Source of the DNA: Octopus sinensis
Taxonomy: Eukaryota
DNA: 44,008 bases
NCBI RefSeq assembly: GCF_006345805.1
Contig: NW_021834903.1
Span: 1-44,008 of the forward strand
Direction of reading: 5' to 3'
The position numbers and the translations under genes were made by a program. Numbering within the stretch: the stretch's first letter is position 1; every line of letters begins with the position of its first letter. The notes beneath the pieces were generated by a model that had not been told where the DNA came from, did no database searches, and saw only the letters and a list, made by a program, of their open reading frames with translations. Positions 1 through 13,817 of the stretch are shown here, piece by piece.

Positions 1-702
1 GTATACATTGGTAGGCCATTAAACCAAACTCAGTAGTTCGTTCATTTTTTTTTTTTTTAAAGTTAAATTAAAATACATGAGCAGCAACAGTTCTCACATC
101 GACAATGCTCTTCTGAATACGTGTGATGTACCAGTTAAGACAATCTTTTGCACTTCTTGCAGGGATGGTAAGCCAGGGATCATTCTCATATAATTTTCGG
201 TTCCCTTCTTGATCAAACCTCTGCACGGCAAATATGTGACCCGCAGAAAACAAGCTGATGTTGACCAGAAGCAAACCCATTAGTGGCTACGGAGCTCAGG
301 GCTAAAAGCAGAGAGCCAAGGTTTCATCCTGGCTGCTCAAGATCAAAGCCTATTAACTCGGAACTACCAGGCCAATGTGATGAAAAATGGAGCAGACCCA
401 AAATGCCGATTCTGCATATCTGGTTTATTGGCCTTGATGGTTCGGTCTGTATGTACTGGAAAGTCCCACAGAATGGTTACATTTTCTCCTTCAGTTACAG
501 CCTCAGGGTGGTGATTATACCACTTGTCGGCAGTTTTGATATTGTAATGCCGACTTATTAGCCAGTGGAGATATTGGCCAACTCTGTCATGTCTTAATTT
601 ACACTCCACTGGTGCTAAGACTTTACATCCAGAGATTAGGTGGTCCACTGTTTCAATCATGTCGTTGCAGAATCGGCATTTTGGGTCTGCTCCATTTTTT
701 TT
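1..702 (-). mobile_element. Rearranged 3' fragment of R4/Dong-type RLE non-LTR retrotransposon (same family as 2190-6110), with an internal inverted segment at ~216-416
   Basis: 1-215 matches 2266-2496 and 416-700 matches 2680-2963. 216-416 is the reverse complement of ~2930-3131. ORF 364-786 carries CRFCNDMIETVDHLISGC. Confidence 0.85.
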
Positions 703-703
703 A

Positions 704-735
<32 letters not shown>
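703..735. repeat. (TTA/TAA)n microsatellite between Dong-like copies
   Basis: Direct reading. Confidence 0.95.
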
Positions 736-737
<2 letters not shown>

Positions 738-1982
738 TATGTTTGACTTTTGCTTTATATTTGTACAAGTTGGCTCCAAGTCTCACCCAGAGACCTCAAG
801 AGACAACAGGGTTGGAAGTTCATGTTGTTGTTATGCCTAGTGTGCCATATATTTGGGGGGTGGAGATGTTGTACTAATGAATGTCTAAAAAAAAAAAAGG
901 TTTTTTTTTTTTTGAAACCGAAAATTATGTTTGTTTTAAACCTTGAGATTACATAGAGAGTATTTTGCGTAGGTTATGAGCAGTTCCCATGAGCACTATC
1001 TTTTGAACTTCTGCCATTTTGGGGTTTCCTGGTATCTGAGTTAGGTAGCTATCAGCCCCTTTTGCTATCATTCCCAGGGCACCTATGACAACAGGTATTG
1101 TTTTAGTCTTCAGCTTCCACATTTTGCTTATTTCTATTTCAAGATCTTTATATTTGCTCAGTTTTTGGTAGGTCTTGACAGATACGTTTATATCGATTGG
1201 GACAGTCATATCAATGAGGAGGCATGTTCTTTGTTTGAAGTCTTTCAATATGATGTCTGGCCTATTTGCATCTATCTTCCTGTCAGTTTGAATGGTGAAG
1301 TTCCAGAGGAGTGAGATGTGGTCATTTTCAAGCACTGGGGGTGGTTTGTGTTCCCACCAGTTTTTTTCATGGGGAAAATCCAGGTTTTTACAGATTACCC
1401 AGTGAATATATTGTGCAGCTCTATCGTGCCTGTTGAGATACTCTGTAGGCGCTAGAAGACTGCACTTGGAGACCACATGGTCAATGGTTTCATTTTGTTG
1501 CTTGCATACACGACACGTTGGACTGCTTCTGATCTTTAATATGTTGGCCTGGTAGTTTCTTGTTGGTAGGCATTGATCTTGAGCTGCTATGATAAACCCC
1601 TCTGTTTCAGATTTTAAGCCAGAGGCCATTAGCCATTGATGGGTCAGGGCTTTGTCGATATCTGCATTATTCGCTCTCTTTGGGTATTTGCCATAGAGAG
1701 GTTTTTCTTGCCATTTATTATTCAGAATATCCTAGGCCGCAGTTTTGGCACGGGTTTTCATGCGCCTAGCTTTTTCTGTGCTTGTTTCTTGTATATCTAT
1801 CTCTAATTCCGAAATTGGTTGTATTCGGAATTCACTTAGATATTCCTTTGCCTGTTTTGTGACTGAGTATGATGCTTTCTTGTTTTCATGTTTTGAGACA
1901 GTTTTAACATCCAGTCCTCAGAGTTTTTCAGGTAGGTGTCTAGGCCAATTGTAGCAATCTTCATTGTTATTGCCAGTTGCCA
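736..1982 (-). mobile_element. 5'-truncated R4/Dong-type retrotransposon, second subfamily
   Basis: ORF 949-1629 has a CCHC knuckle (CRVCKQQNETIDHVVSKC), RHD, RLE motifs RPDIILKD / LLIDMTVP / KLSKY and C-terminal IPVVIGALG. Upstream WQEKPLYGKY-like sequence. 3' UTR ~736-948 abuts (TAA)n. Confidence 0.88.
949..1629 (-). pseudogene. C-terminal zinc knuckle + restriction-like endonuclease domain (fragment)
   Basis: Motifs as above. No RT upstream because of 5' truncation. Confidence 0.85.
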
Positions 1983-2189
1983 GTTATTATTATTATTATT
2001 TATTATTATTATATTATATTATTATTATTATTATTATTATGATTCTTATCATTATTATCATTATTATCATTATTATCATTATTATCATTATTATTATTAT
2101 TATATTATTATTATCATTATTATTATTATTATTATTTATTATTATTATTTATTATTATTATCATTATTATTATTATTATTATTATTACT
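1983..2189. repeat. Degenerate (TTA)n/(TCATTATTA)n microsatellite
   Basis: Direct reading. Confidence 0.95.
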
Positions 2190-5100
2190 TTTTTTTTCTT
2201 CTTTCAAATTTGCTTCCATTTCTTGCCGAGTGTCTTCTCGACTCCTAGGGCAAAGAAACTCATAATGTATATTGGTACGCCATTAAACCAAACTCAATAG
2301 TTCGTTCATTTTTTTTTCATTTAAAAAAAGTTTTTTTTTTAAAGTTAAATTAAAATACATGAGCAGCAACAGTTCTCACATCGACAATGCTCTTCTCAAT
2401 ACGTATGATGTACCAGTTAAGACAATCTTTTGCACTTCTTGCAGGGATGGTAAGCCAGGGATCATTCTCATATAATTTTCGGTTCCCTTCTTGATCATTC
2501 CTAGTGATCCTACGATCACTGGTATTGTAACCGCCTTGAGATGCCACATTTTCTCAATTTCAATGAGTTGGTCTTTATATTTTCTGAGCTTGTCAAACTC
2601 TTTCGCTGAGATATTATGATCACAGGGGATGCTCATGTCGATCAATAAGCAAACTTTATTGTTTTGGTCTTTCACAACAATATCTGGTTTATTGGCCTTG
2701 ATGGTTCGGTCTGTATGTACTGGAAAGTCCCACAGAATGGTTACATTTTCTCCTTCAGTTACAGCTTCAGGGTGGTGATTATACCACTTGTCGGCAGTTT
2801 TGATATTGTAATGCCGACTTATTAGCCAGTGGAGATATTGGCCAACTCTGTCATGTCTTAATTTATACTCCACTGGTGCTAAGACTTTACATCCAGAGAT
2901 TAGGTGGTCCACTGTTTCAATCATGTCGTTGCAGAATCGGCATTTTGGGTCTGCTCCATTTTTCATCACATTGGCCTGGTAGTTCCGGGTTGATAGGCTT
3001 TGGTCTTGAGCAGCCAGGATGAAACCTTCGCTCTCTGCTTTTAGCCCTGAGCTCCGCAGCCACTGATGGGTTTGCTTCTGGTCAACATCAGCTTGTTTGC
3101 TGCGGGTCACATATTTGCCGTGTAGAGGTTTCTCCTCCCACCTATCAGCCAATTACTCGTGCGCTTTTTTCATTGCCATCATTTTCACCTTCTTTGCAAC
3201 AATAGTTGCCGTTCTTCCCTCGGGTTGTTCAGTTTGGGTATCCTGCACGAGATCAATAGCAAATTTTTTGCTTTCCTTTATGATAGAATGAAGCTTCTTT
3301 CGTCTCTCGTGATTTTCCACGAGCTTTAGCATCCAGTCATTCGATATTTCGAGATATTTGGCCAGTCCAATTGTGGTTGTTTTGTAAGCTAGTTCAAATT
3401 GGATCAGGCCTCGACCTCCTTGGACTCTGGGAAGGTAAAGGCGATCTACGTCTGCCTTTGGGTGGTGCATCCTATTACAACTCAGCAGCTTGCGTATTTG
3501 TCTATCTATATTCTTTACTTCACTCATATTCCAGTTCAACACATTGTAGCTATAAGTAACAACTGGAACTGCTAGGAATTTAAGCTAACACCTTGTTACG
3601 TGCATTTAGTTCAGATTTCAGGACTGCACGAACTCTCCTATAACATTCCTTCCTGATTTTCTCTTTCATGCTTGCATGCTGAATACCAGAGCCTTCATTT
3701 ATCCCTAAATATTTGTATGTTGTTCTTGCTCAAGCTCTCTTATGACTGTGTCAACATCTAACACGACTGAATTTGTGGTCTTCACACTTTCCCTTTCTGG
3801 AAAGTGGCCTTGGCACACTTCTCAAGTCCAAACTCCATCCCGATGTCATCGCTGAATGCTTTCACGGTGCGCAATAGGCGTTCAAGTTCATTATTGTCTT
3901 TACCATAAAGTTTTAAGTCATCCATATAAAATAGATGGCTTATTTTTTATTGGCAATTTTATACCCATACCCTGTTCTGTTTAATTCACTTGTAAGGGGT
4001 ATTAGGGCTATGCAGAATATTAAAGGTGAAAGTGAGTCACCTTGAAAAATTCCACAGTTGATGTTTATATTTTCTGAGGCAAGTACTCCATTAGAGTGGT
4101 ATAATTGGAGATTCGTATTCCACAACGACATATTGTGCTTCAGGAAGTTTGAAATCACAGGGGAAATTTTGAAGATGTCCAGCGATCTCAAGATCCATGG
4201 ATGCGGTATACTGTCGAAGGCCTTTTTATAGTCAATCCATGCGGTGCTGAGATTTCTGCGCTTGTTGTGACAGTTCTCAAGGATCATACGATTGATTAGC
4301 AGTTGATCTTTGCATCCGTAAGAGCCTCGGCGGCACCCTTTTTGTTCAATGGGGAAAATATCGTTCTTCTCCATGAATGCATATGTTTTCTCCGCCAGGA
4401 TAGATGTTAGGATTTTATAACGTGGTGGATAGACAGGTTATAGGCCGATAGTTTTTTGGAAGGTTGGTTTCGTTATTCTTTGGGAGTAGGTAAGTAATGC
4501 CACTTGCTAACCATTCAGGTGTTTTCTTTGGGTCTCTCATAATTCCATTGAGCAGCTGAACTAGCTTACCGTGTGCGCACGGGAGCGATGCGAGCCAGAA
4601 ATTCGGCACCCTATCTTTACCGGGGGATTTCCAATTATGGGCCTTCGTGAGTGCCTTTCTTAGGTCTGCTATTGTGATGTCTTCCCATGCTTGTTGTTGT
4701 AAATTTTGGTAGGATCCTTCAGTTTGTATAATCCAGTCTGCATTTATGTTGTACGTCTTCTTGTCACTCCAAATCCTTTTCCAAAAGATTTGAACTTCTT
4801 CCATGGGAGGGGGGTCTTTAACGGTTACTTTCTCCTTCCCTATTTCTCTGTAGAATTTTTTGGCATTGGATGTGAACAGCTTATTTTGCTTGTAAAACTT
4901 GTTTCTCTTCTCAAGTCTTCGTGTTCTTTGGGCTTTTGCTTGGACTTTTTGTTTCAGCGTTTCTTTTATTGATATCAGTTCTTCTCTTGGTGAGGATCCA
5001 AATTTTCTCTTCATCTTTCTTCCTATTCTGGATCTTACATCATTTCCACATATTAGTTCATTTAATATTGATATTTCCCCTCTCATAAATTCAATCTCTT

Positions 5101-6110
5101 TTTCAATTTTACTTCTCCAGGTTTGATTTCTTCCCAGGTTTTGTTTTCTTTGTTTTTTCGGGGGCATACAGCTGGTTTCAATTGCCCTAGCAGAAGCGTA
5201 AATAATTTCGTTTAACTCAGTAAAATCAGGTTTTAATTCTCGCATTATTTCATTTGTTACATAGTTGCCAATTTGGATTTGTTTTTTATTTTGGTTTGTA
5301 TTTGAGAGTTTATGAAGCGGTTCTCTATCATTCATACTTGTATGTCTTACAACTTCAAGCGTATTCAGGATTTTCTGCCTCATTTCTGCCCATAGACTCT
5401 CTGTGTTCTTCAGCAAATGCGAGATCTTCAGTTACTGTTGTTGTTTTTTCGTTTTCCTGGCTATCTTTAACAGGTACAATAGAATTTCTTGTATCTTCAG
5501 GCCTTTGCGTACTTTTGTCAGATGGCAGTCTTTCAATTAAGCCTCGTGGCGGGCTATACTGTTCATCTGATTCTTCATTTCCTTTGTGTCTTATATTTAT
5601 GTCATTTTCCGTTGCGTGCTTGATCGCGCTTATTTCACTGTCTGTGAGTCTGTATTTCTAAAGATATCCCTCCTCACATTTGCTAATTTGTTCTCGTCCA
5701 AATAGGGCCTACTGTATTGATTCCGTGTTCTCCATATACTGTAAGAGTTTGCGGTGTGTCTCTCTGAGATGGCCTACCTAATGCATAGTAATAAGCGTAT
5801 AATACTTCTTTATACTCTTCTCGGGTCCATTTGTTCCGCTTACATTTTTCTTTCTGTGGTGGTTGTGGTGGTGAACTTGGAGGGCTCGAGTTGGGGGATT
5901 TCCCGTTCAAGTGACCATCCATGTCCGTATTCGGAGAAGAGTTTGTGCCAGTTGATGACTTTTCGATCCCAGGCTGGCTCTTCCCTGGGGGACGCGCTTC
6001 CAGATTAACCATAGGACAAGCGATTGGTATAATGATTTAGTTTTCCTTTTAGTTTCCAAAAACATTTTGGTGCTACGATAATGTTATCATTTTTTAGCTT
6101 TGATTGGCTC
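2190..6110 (-). mobile_element. Near full-length R4/Dong-clade non-LTR retrotransposon (RT + CCHC + RLE), inactivated by frameshifts and stops
   Basis: Collinear ORF pieces: 5683-6012 (KRNKWTREEY), 4415-5416 (NWKSPGKD, KNYRPITCL), 3940-4374 (EQKGC, WIDYKKAFDS, GIFQGDSLSPL), HLFYMDDLKLY at ~3905-3937, 3153-3542 (RLYLPRVQGGRGL) and 2376-3152 (CCHC, KPDIV, LLIDMSIP). (TAA)n on both sides. Confidence 0.92.
2376..6012 (-). pseudogene. Disrupted single ORF of the Dong-like element (reverse transcriptase-RLE)
   Basis: At least five collinear fragments with RT motifs and a PD-(D/E)xK endonuclease. Confidence 0.88.
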
Positions 6111-6111
6111 G

Positions 6112-6840
<729 letters not shown>

Positions 6841-7228
6841 TCGATTTTTCTGCGATATTTTTTGAAAATTCACATAGATTTTCCCTACACCGACGTTGGA
6901 CATCAAGTTTGCATTAAATGTCAAACTAACGACCTTTTGTCAATGCAGTTAACAAGTATTGAAGAAATCGACAAAACCATATCACTTTGAGACCGACCAT
7001 GCGAACCTACAAAACTGACTTTTGTTAAATAGTTGGCGGATTTCAGGCGATTTAGTCGATTTTTGCCGCTTTTATCATAAAGGTTACTAGAAATGGCATA
7101 TATTTTCCTTTTGCTTCAAATCCGAGCAATGTTGGGCTGTAGATGCGTTAAGTTAGGATTAGGTAGGGCTTAGCTGTGGTCCGAACCCAACTTGTGTTCG
7201 AGGGGGCAACGGCGGGCTATGCTGCTAG
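6841..7228 (+). mobile_element. Possible non-autonomous Helitron 3' portion
   Basis: Ends with GC-rich GGGGCAACGGCGGG then CTATGCTG-CTAG|T running into (TA)n, resembling a Helitron CTRR terminus. The hairpin is weak. Confidence 0.35.
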
Positions 7229-7239
7229 TATATATATAT

Positions 7240-7295
<56 letters not shown>

Positions 7296-7316
7296 ATTAT
7301 ATATTTATATATATTA

Positions 7317-7361
<45 letters not shown>

Positions 7362-7367
7362 ATTATA

Positions 7368-7419
<52 letters not shown>

Positions 7420-7468
7420 TATATATATATATATATGGTGTGTGTGTGTGTGTATGTGTGTGTGTGTG
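7229..7468. repeat. (TA)n followed by (TG)n microsatellite
   Basis: Direct reading. Confidence 0.95.
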
Positions 7469-8607
7469 CTGGTCCAGATGGTTTCCCAGCCATCCTCCTC
7501 AAAGCGTGTAAGCATGCCCTGGCAAAACCCCTCAAGATTCTCTTCCAGAGCTTTCTTGCGAATGGCAAACTGCCAAGCAAGCTGAAGGAGGAATAATATG
7601 CCCAATACATAAAGGGGGAAGTAGAGCAGATGCCCAAAACTATAGGCCTATCTCTCTGACTTCACACATCAGCAAAGTCATGGAACGGATAGTCAGAAAG
7701 AAACTAAACGCATTCCTTGAGGAAAATAACTTGCTGAGTGATAGCCAGCATGGTTTTCGACCAGGTAGGAGCTGCCTGACCCAGCTCTTACAACATTATG
7801 ACTGGGTGTTGAGGCAGTTACTCAACAAATCAAATGTGGACGTAATCTACCTTGATTTTGCAAAAGCTTTTGACAAGGTATATAATGGTATGATATGCCA
7901 CAAACTGCGTGACCTCGGCATATCTGGAAAACTGGAGTGTGGTTACATGACTTCCTGAAAGATAGGAGTCAGGCAGTAGTGGTTAATGGAGCCACCTCTA
8001 TGAACACACAAATAGTGAGCGGTGTTCCACAGGGCACTGTCTTGGGACCACTGCTTTTTATAGTGACCCTCTCAGATATGCCCTCAAATGCCCAGATAGC
8101 CACTCTGGCCAGCTATGCAGACGACACGAAAGTCTCGCAGAAAATACAGAACCCCAGCGATGTTGCACATCTGCAGCAGGAGTTGGACTAAATCTACAGA
8201 TGGGCTGAGGATAATAATATGCAGTTTAATGCTGAAAAATTCCAGGCCCTGCGCTACCAGCATCCAAACTGAATATTAAACTTACAGGATACACCGGTCC
8301 ACAGGGAATTTCAATCCCAGAACCTAAGTCTGTGAGGGACCTGGGTATCGACATGAGTGATGATACCTCTTTCCAAGTGCACATTACCAGGATGGCGACA
8401 AAGTGCAGACGACTGGCTGGGTGGATCCTAAGAACATTCAGAACCAGAGATAAGGAAACCATGATGGTCCTCTGGCGGACATTCGTCCTCAGCCGCCTGG
8501 ATTACTGCTCACAACTATGGTCACCCACCAGTGTAAAATTAACAGCGGACCTTGAAGCAATCCAGAGAAGATTTACAAAGAAGATCGTCTCTTTGCAACA
8601 GCTCAGC
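7469..8607 (+). mobile_element. CR1-like LINE reverse transcriptase fragment (family A), truncated at both ends
   Basis: GPDGFPA, NYRPISLTS, QHGFRPGRSC, YLDFAKAFDKV, SGVPQGTVLGPLLF, YADDTK, RDLG, LDYCSQLWSP, with frameshifts and stops. Confidence 0.92.
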
Positions 8608-8660
8608 TCTTTTACTTGTTTCAGTCATTTGACTGTGGCCATGCTGGAGCACCACCTTTA
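8608..8660 (-). mobile_element. SINE 3'-tail fragment
   Basis: TTTACTTGTTTCAGTCATTTGACTGTGGCCATGCTGGAGCACC recurs at ~38912, ~42030 and ~43965. Confidence 0.75.
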
Positions 8661-8667
8661 TCACCTT

Positions 8668-9200
8668 GGGCTAGGAAAGATACTAGAAACTTTTTGGATA
8701 TAACTATGGGGGCAACAGATTCTGCTCAGGATACTGATTTAGTAGGTATTTATTATCAGAACTTCAATTATAATGATTAATTATGATCTAGGAAAGATAC
8801 TAGAAGATTTTTAGATATACCTATGGGAGCACCAGATTCTGCTCAGGCTAATGATTTACTAGGTATTTATTTTTATCAGAACTTCAATTATAATGATAAA
8901 TTATGATCTAGGAAAGATACTAGAAGCTTTTTAGATATACCTATGGGAGCACCAGATTCTGCTCAGGCTAATGATTTACTAGGTATTTATTTATTATCAG
9001 AACTTCAATTATAATAATAAATTATGGGCTAAGAAAGATACTAGAAACTGTTTTGATATACCTATTGGGTCACCAGATTCTGCTCAGGCTACTGATTTAG
9101 TAGGTATTAATTTATTATCAGAACTTCAATTATAATAATAAATTATGGGCTAGGAAAGATACTAGAAGCTTTTTTGATATACCTATTGGGTCACCAGATT
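8668..9200. repeat. Tandem repeat, ~120-bp unit, ~4.5 copies
   Basis: CTAGGAAAGATACTAGAA...CCAGATTCTGCTCAGG...ATCAGAACTTCAATTATAAT starts at about 8671, 8788, 8908, 9029 and 9150. Confidence 0.93.
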
Positions 9201-11593
9201 GCTAGAAATAGCATTCAAATCTTCCTCAGATCACACTTTTCTATACTAATGGACCAATGTCAGATCTTCTAAATAGTTGCTTGACTTGCAAGATATAGCA
9301 GTCAAATCTTCCTCATATTGCACTTTTCTATTCTAATGGAACAATTTTAGACACTCTAAATAGTAGCTTCACTTGCAAGAAATAGTAGTCAAATCTCCGT
9401 ATTATCACACATTTCTATTCTAATGGAACAATGTCAGATCCTCTAAATAGTTGTTTGACTTGCTAGAAATAACTGTAAAATCTTCATCAGATCATATTTT
9501 TCTATTCTAATGGACCAATGTCACATCCTCTAAATAGTTGCTTAACTTGGTTGAAATAACAGTCAAATCTCCCTCAGATCATACTTTTCTATTCTAATGG
9601 ACAAATGTCAGATGCTCTTAATAGTGCTTGACTTGCTCGAAAGAGCAGTCATATCTTAATCAGATCACACTTTTCTATTCTTATGGACCAATGCCAGAGC
9701 CACTAAATAGTTTCTTAACTTGCTAAAAATAGCAGGCAAGTCTTCCTTAGATCACACTTTTCTACTCTAATGGAACAATGTCAGATCCGCAAAATAATTG
9801 CTTCACTTGCTAGAAATAGCAGTCAAATCTCCCTCAGATCAGACTTTTCTGTTCTAATCGACCAATGTCACGAGCTCTTAATAGTTGCTTGACTTGCTAG
9901 AGAGAGGAAACAAATCTTTTTCAGATCACTCTTTTCTATTCCAATAAACCAATGTCAGACCCTCTAAGTAGTTGCTTGACTTGCTAGAAATAGCAGTCAA
10001 AACATCCTGAGATCACAGTTTTCTATTCTAATGGAAGAATGTCAGATCATCTAAATAAAAGCTTGACTTGCTAGAAATAGCTATCAAATGTTCCTCTGAT
10101 CACACTTTTCTACTCTAATGGAACAATGTTAAATCCTCTAAATAGTTGCTTTACTTGCTAGAAATAGCAGTCAAATCTTAATCAGAGCACACTTTTCTAT
10201 TCTCATGGACTGATGTCAGAACCTCTAAATAGTTTCTTGACTTCCTAAAAATAACAGTCAAATCTTCCTCAGCTCATGCTTTTCTATTCTAATGGACCAA
10301 TGTCAGCTCCTCTAAATAGATCCTTGACTTGCTAGTAATAGTAGTCAAATCTCAGTATTATCACACTTTTTTATTCTAATGGAACAATATCAGATCCTCT
10401 AAATAGTTGCTTGACTGGCTAGAAATAGAAATTACATCCTCCTCAGATTACATTCTTCGATTCTAATGGAACAATGTCAGAACCTCTAAATAGTTTCTTG
10501 ACTTGCAAAAAATAACAGACAAATCTCCATCAGATCAAACGTTTCTATACTAATGGACCAATGTCAGATCCTCAAAATAAGTTGCTTCACTTGCTAGAAA
10601 TAGCAATCAAACCTTCCTCAGATCACTTTACTATCCTAATGGAACAATGTCAGATCCTCTAAATAGCTGCTTGACTTTCTAAAAATAGCAGACAAATCTC
10701 CTTCAGATCACACTTTTCTATTCTAATGGACCAATATCAGATCATCTAAACAGTTGCTAGACTTGCTAGAAATAGCAGTCAAATCCCCTCAGATGAAACC
10801 TTCTTTTCTAATGGACCAATGTCAGATCCTCTAAATAGTTGGTTGTCTGGCAAGAAATAGCAGTCAAATCTCCCCCAGTTCACGATTTTCTATACTAGTG
10901 GACCAATATCAGATCCTCTAAATAGTTGGTTGTCTGGCAAGAAATAGCAGTCAAATCTCCCTCAGATCACACATTTCTATTCAAATAGACCAATGTCAGA
11001 TCCTCTAAATTAAAGCTTCAATTGCTAGAAATAGCAATCAAGGTTCCTCACATCACTCGCTTCTATTCTAATGGAACAATGTCAGACATTCTAAATAGTT
11101 GATAGAGTTGCTAGAAATAGCAATCAAATCTTCTTCAGATCAGACTTTTCTTTTCTAATGCACCGATATAAGATCTTCTAAATAGTTGCTTGACTTGCTA
11201 TAATTGACAGGAAAATCTTCCTTATATCACACTTTTCTATTCTAATGGACCAATGTCAGATGCTCTTAATAGTTGCTTGACTTGCTAGAAAGAGGAGACA
11301 AATCTTCCTCAGATCACACTTTTCTATTCTAATAGACCAATGTCAGATCTTCTAAATAGTTGCTTGCTTTGCTAGAAATAGCAGTCAAAACTTCCTTTAG
11401 ATGACATTTTTCTATTCTAATAGACCAATGTGAGATCCTCTAAATAGTTCCTTGACTTGCTAGAAATAGTAGTCAAATCTCCCTCAGATCACTCATTTCT
11501 ATTCTAATGACCAATGTCACATGCTCTTAATAGTTGTTTGAATTTCTAGAAAGAGGAGACAAATCTTCCTCAGATCACACTTTTCTATTCTAA

Positions 11594-12007
11594 AGGCTGA
11601 AGACGCTCGACCTTTATTCTCTAGAAAAACGACGACGCCGTGGAGATCTCATTCTTGCTCACAACATCATAAGCGGAAAGTGTAACCTCTCAAAAGAGCT
11701 GTTCTTCACTCCTGCTCCAGAGTGTCGGCTGCGGGGTCATTCCGAAAAGCTCTATCTGCGACGATTTCATCTCAATCGAAGGAGAGGAGCTTTCTCCATC
11801 CGGGTTGTAGATCAGTGGAATAAGCTGCCAGACGACATGGTGAAGATGCCGATGACCGCTCGGTTCAAAGTCTCCCTTGACCTCAAGTGGCCTGAACTCT
11901 TTACCACCCTGTACATAACTCCACCCTGTACATAACTCCTTGTCCCCCTACATGGTCTTGCTGTTTGCTTTTTGAGCCAAAAAATTAACTAACTAACTAA
12001 CTAACTA
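11594..12007 (+). mobile_element. Short 5'-truncated CR1-like 3' end (family C) with (AACT)n tail, inserted in the satellite
   Basis: Closely matches 17271-17664 (LDLYSLEKRRRRGDLI...). Internal 17-bp tandem duplication at ~11905-11938. Confidence 0.92.
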
Positions 12008-12613
12008 AAAGACCAATGAGAGATTCTCTAAATAGTTCCATCACTTGCTAGAAAGAGCAGTCAAAATTTCCTTTCGATCAAACTTTTCTGTTCTTATGTA
12101 CCATTGTCATGACCTCTAAATAGTTGCTTGATTTGCAAGAAATAGCAGTCAACCTTCCTAAGATCACACTTTTCTATTCTAATGGACCAATATCAGATCC
12201 TCTAAATAGTTGCTTCACTTGCTAGAAATGGCGATCAAATCTTCATCAGATTACACTTTTTTATTCTAATGGAACAATGTCAGATCGTCTAAATAAAAGC
12301 TTGACTTGCTAGAAATAGCAGTCAAGTCTTCCTTAGATCATACTTTTCTATTTTAATAGAACAATGTCAGATCGTCTAAATAAAAGCTTGACTTGCTAGA
12401 AATAGCAATCAAATCTTACTCAGATTACACTTTTCTATTCTAATGGAACAATGTCAAGACTTCAAAATAATTGCTAGACTTGATAGAAATAGCAGTCAAT
12501 CTCCCTCAGATCACAATTTTCTATTCTAATCGACAACTGTCAGATCCTCTAAATATGTGCTTTCCTTGCAAAATGTAGCAGTAAAATCAACCTCAGACAA
12601 CACTTTTCTATTC

Positions 12614-12615
<2 letters not shown>

Positions 12616-12667
<52 letters not shown>

Positions 12668-13817
12668 TGTGTACAGTGCTCAGGTGCACTACAACTCATC
12701 TAAAGTGTATATATAATCAGGTGTAGTTTCGGCGTATTTCGGAAAGCATGAGGGCCTTAAAGGATGCAGTGTCATGGCAGTCAACAACTGACGCAGGCAG
12801 TTTATTCCATGCTTCAGCAACTCTGAGCGTGAAAAAATGTTTCCGAAAGTCATGGGAGCTGTGTTGTTTTCTGACTTTGTAGGCATGTCCACGTGTGTTA
12901 GACACATGGAGATCAAAAAGGTGTTCAGTGTTGTTGTTGGTGAGGTGGTTGATAACCTTGTGGGTGTTTACCAAGTCCGTCGCCAGACGCCGGAGCTTCA
13001 GTGAATCCATGCCCAGGGAAACAAGGCGTTCAGAATATGGTAGGTGTCTGATGGAGGGTATGCGTTTGGTTGCACATCTCTGGACAGATTCCAGGAGGTC
13101 AATGTTCTGAGCAAGATAGGGATTCCAAACTGATGATGCGAATTCCAAGTGTGGTCGTACCATAGCTGTATACAGTTTTAAATAGATGGCTGGAGAGCGG
13201 CTAACAAAAGTCTTGCTGAATGATGCCAAGACACCCACGGCCTTCTTGACAATTTTAGAGATATGCTTTGTCCAACGCAAATCACTGCTGACAGTGATGC
13301 CTAGGTCACGCTCGCAAGAGGATTTCTTGATATCAGTGTTGTGGAGGGAGTATGTGGACGCAGGGTTTTTTCTCCCAAAATGCATGGTGGTACACTTGTC
13401 CACAGCCAGTTTCAGTTGCCAGTCTGTGATCCATTGCTGCATTGTGTCTAGGTCTGATTGCAGGAAGGAGTTGTAGACATCAGGATCAGTCCTCTTGATT
13501 TCAAGGTACAGCTTGATGTCGTCTGCATATTTCAATACTGTGGCATTCTTTAAATTGGCATCTATGTCATTAATGTATGCCACAAACAGGAGGGGACCAA
13601 GGACAGATCCCTGTGGTACACCCGATGACATCTCATATGGTGTAAAGTGTTGTCCTAGAACTGTGACTACCTCCTTTCGGCTGAGGATGAAGGATTTCAA
13701 CCAGTTAAAAAGGTCATCCCCCACACCCATTGCAGAGAGATTCACCATAAGCTTTTGTGTGGCACAGAGTTGAAAGCCTTAGCAAAATCAAGGTAGACAA
13801 CATCCACCCATGAGCCA
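12616..13817 (-). mobile_element. 5'-truncated CR1-like LINE (family B) with (TTA)n tail, inserted in the satellite
   Basis: ORF 12717-13748: SGVPQGSVLGPLLF, YADDIK, ERDLG, VRPHLEFASSVWNP, TRGHAYKV, FFTLRVAEAWNKLP. VYLDFAKAFNS is just upstream. Confidence 0.93.

Noticed and set aside
6013-6110. HDV-like 5' ribozyme on the Dong-like element
   Set aside because: The leader is AT-rich and I could not build a nested double pseudoknot.
7150-7175. Telomeric (TTAGGG)-like tract, also at ~38190-38270
   Set aside because: Only two or three degenerate units, which is not distinguishable from chance or TE-internal sequence.
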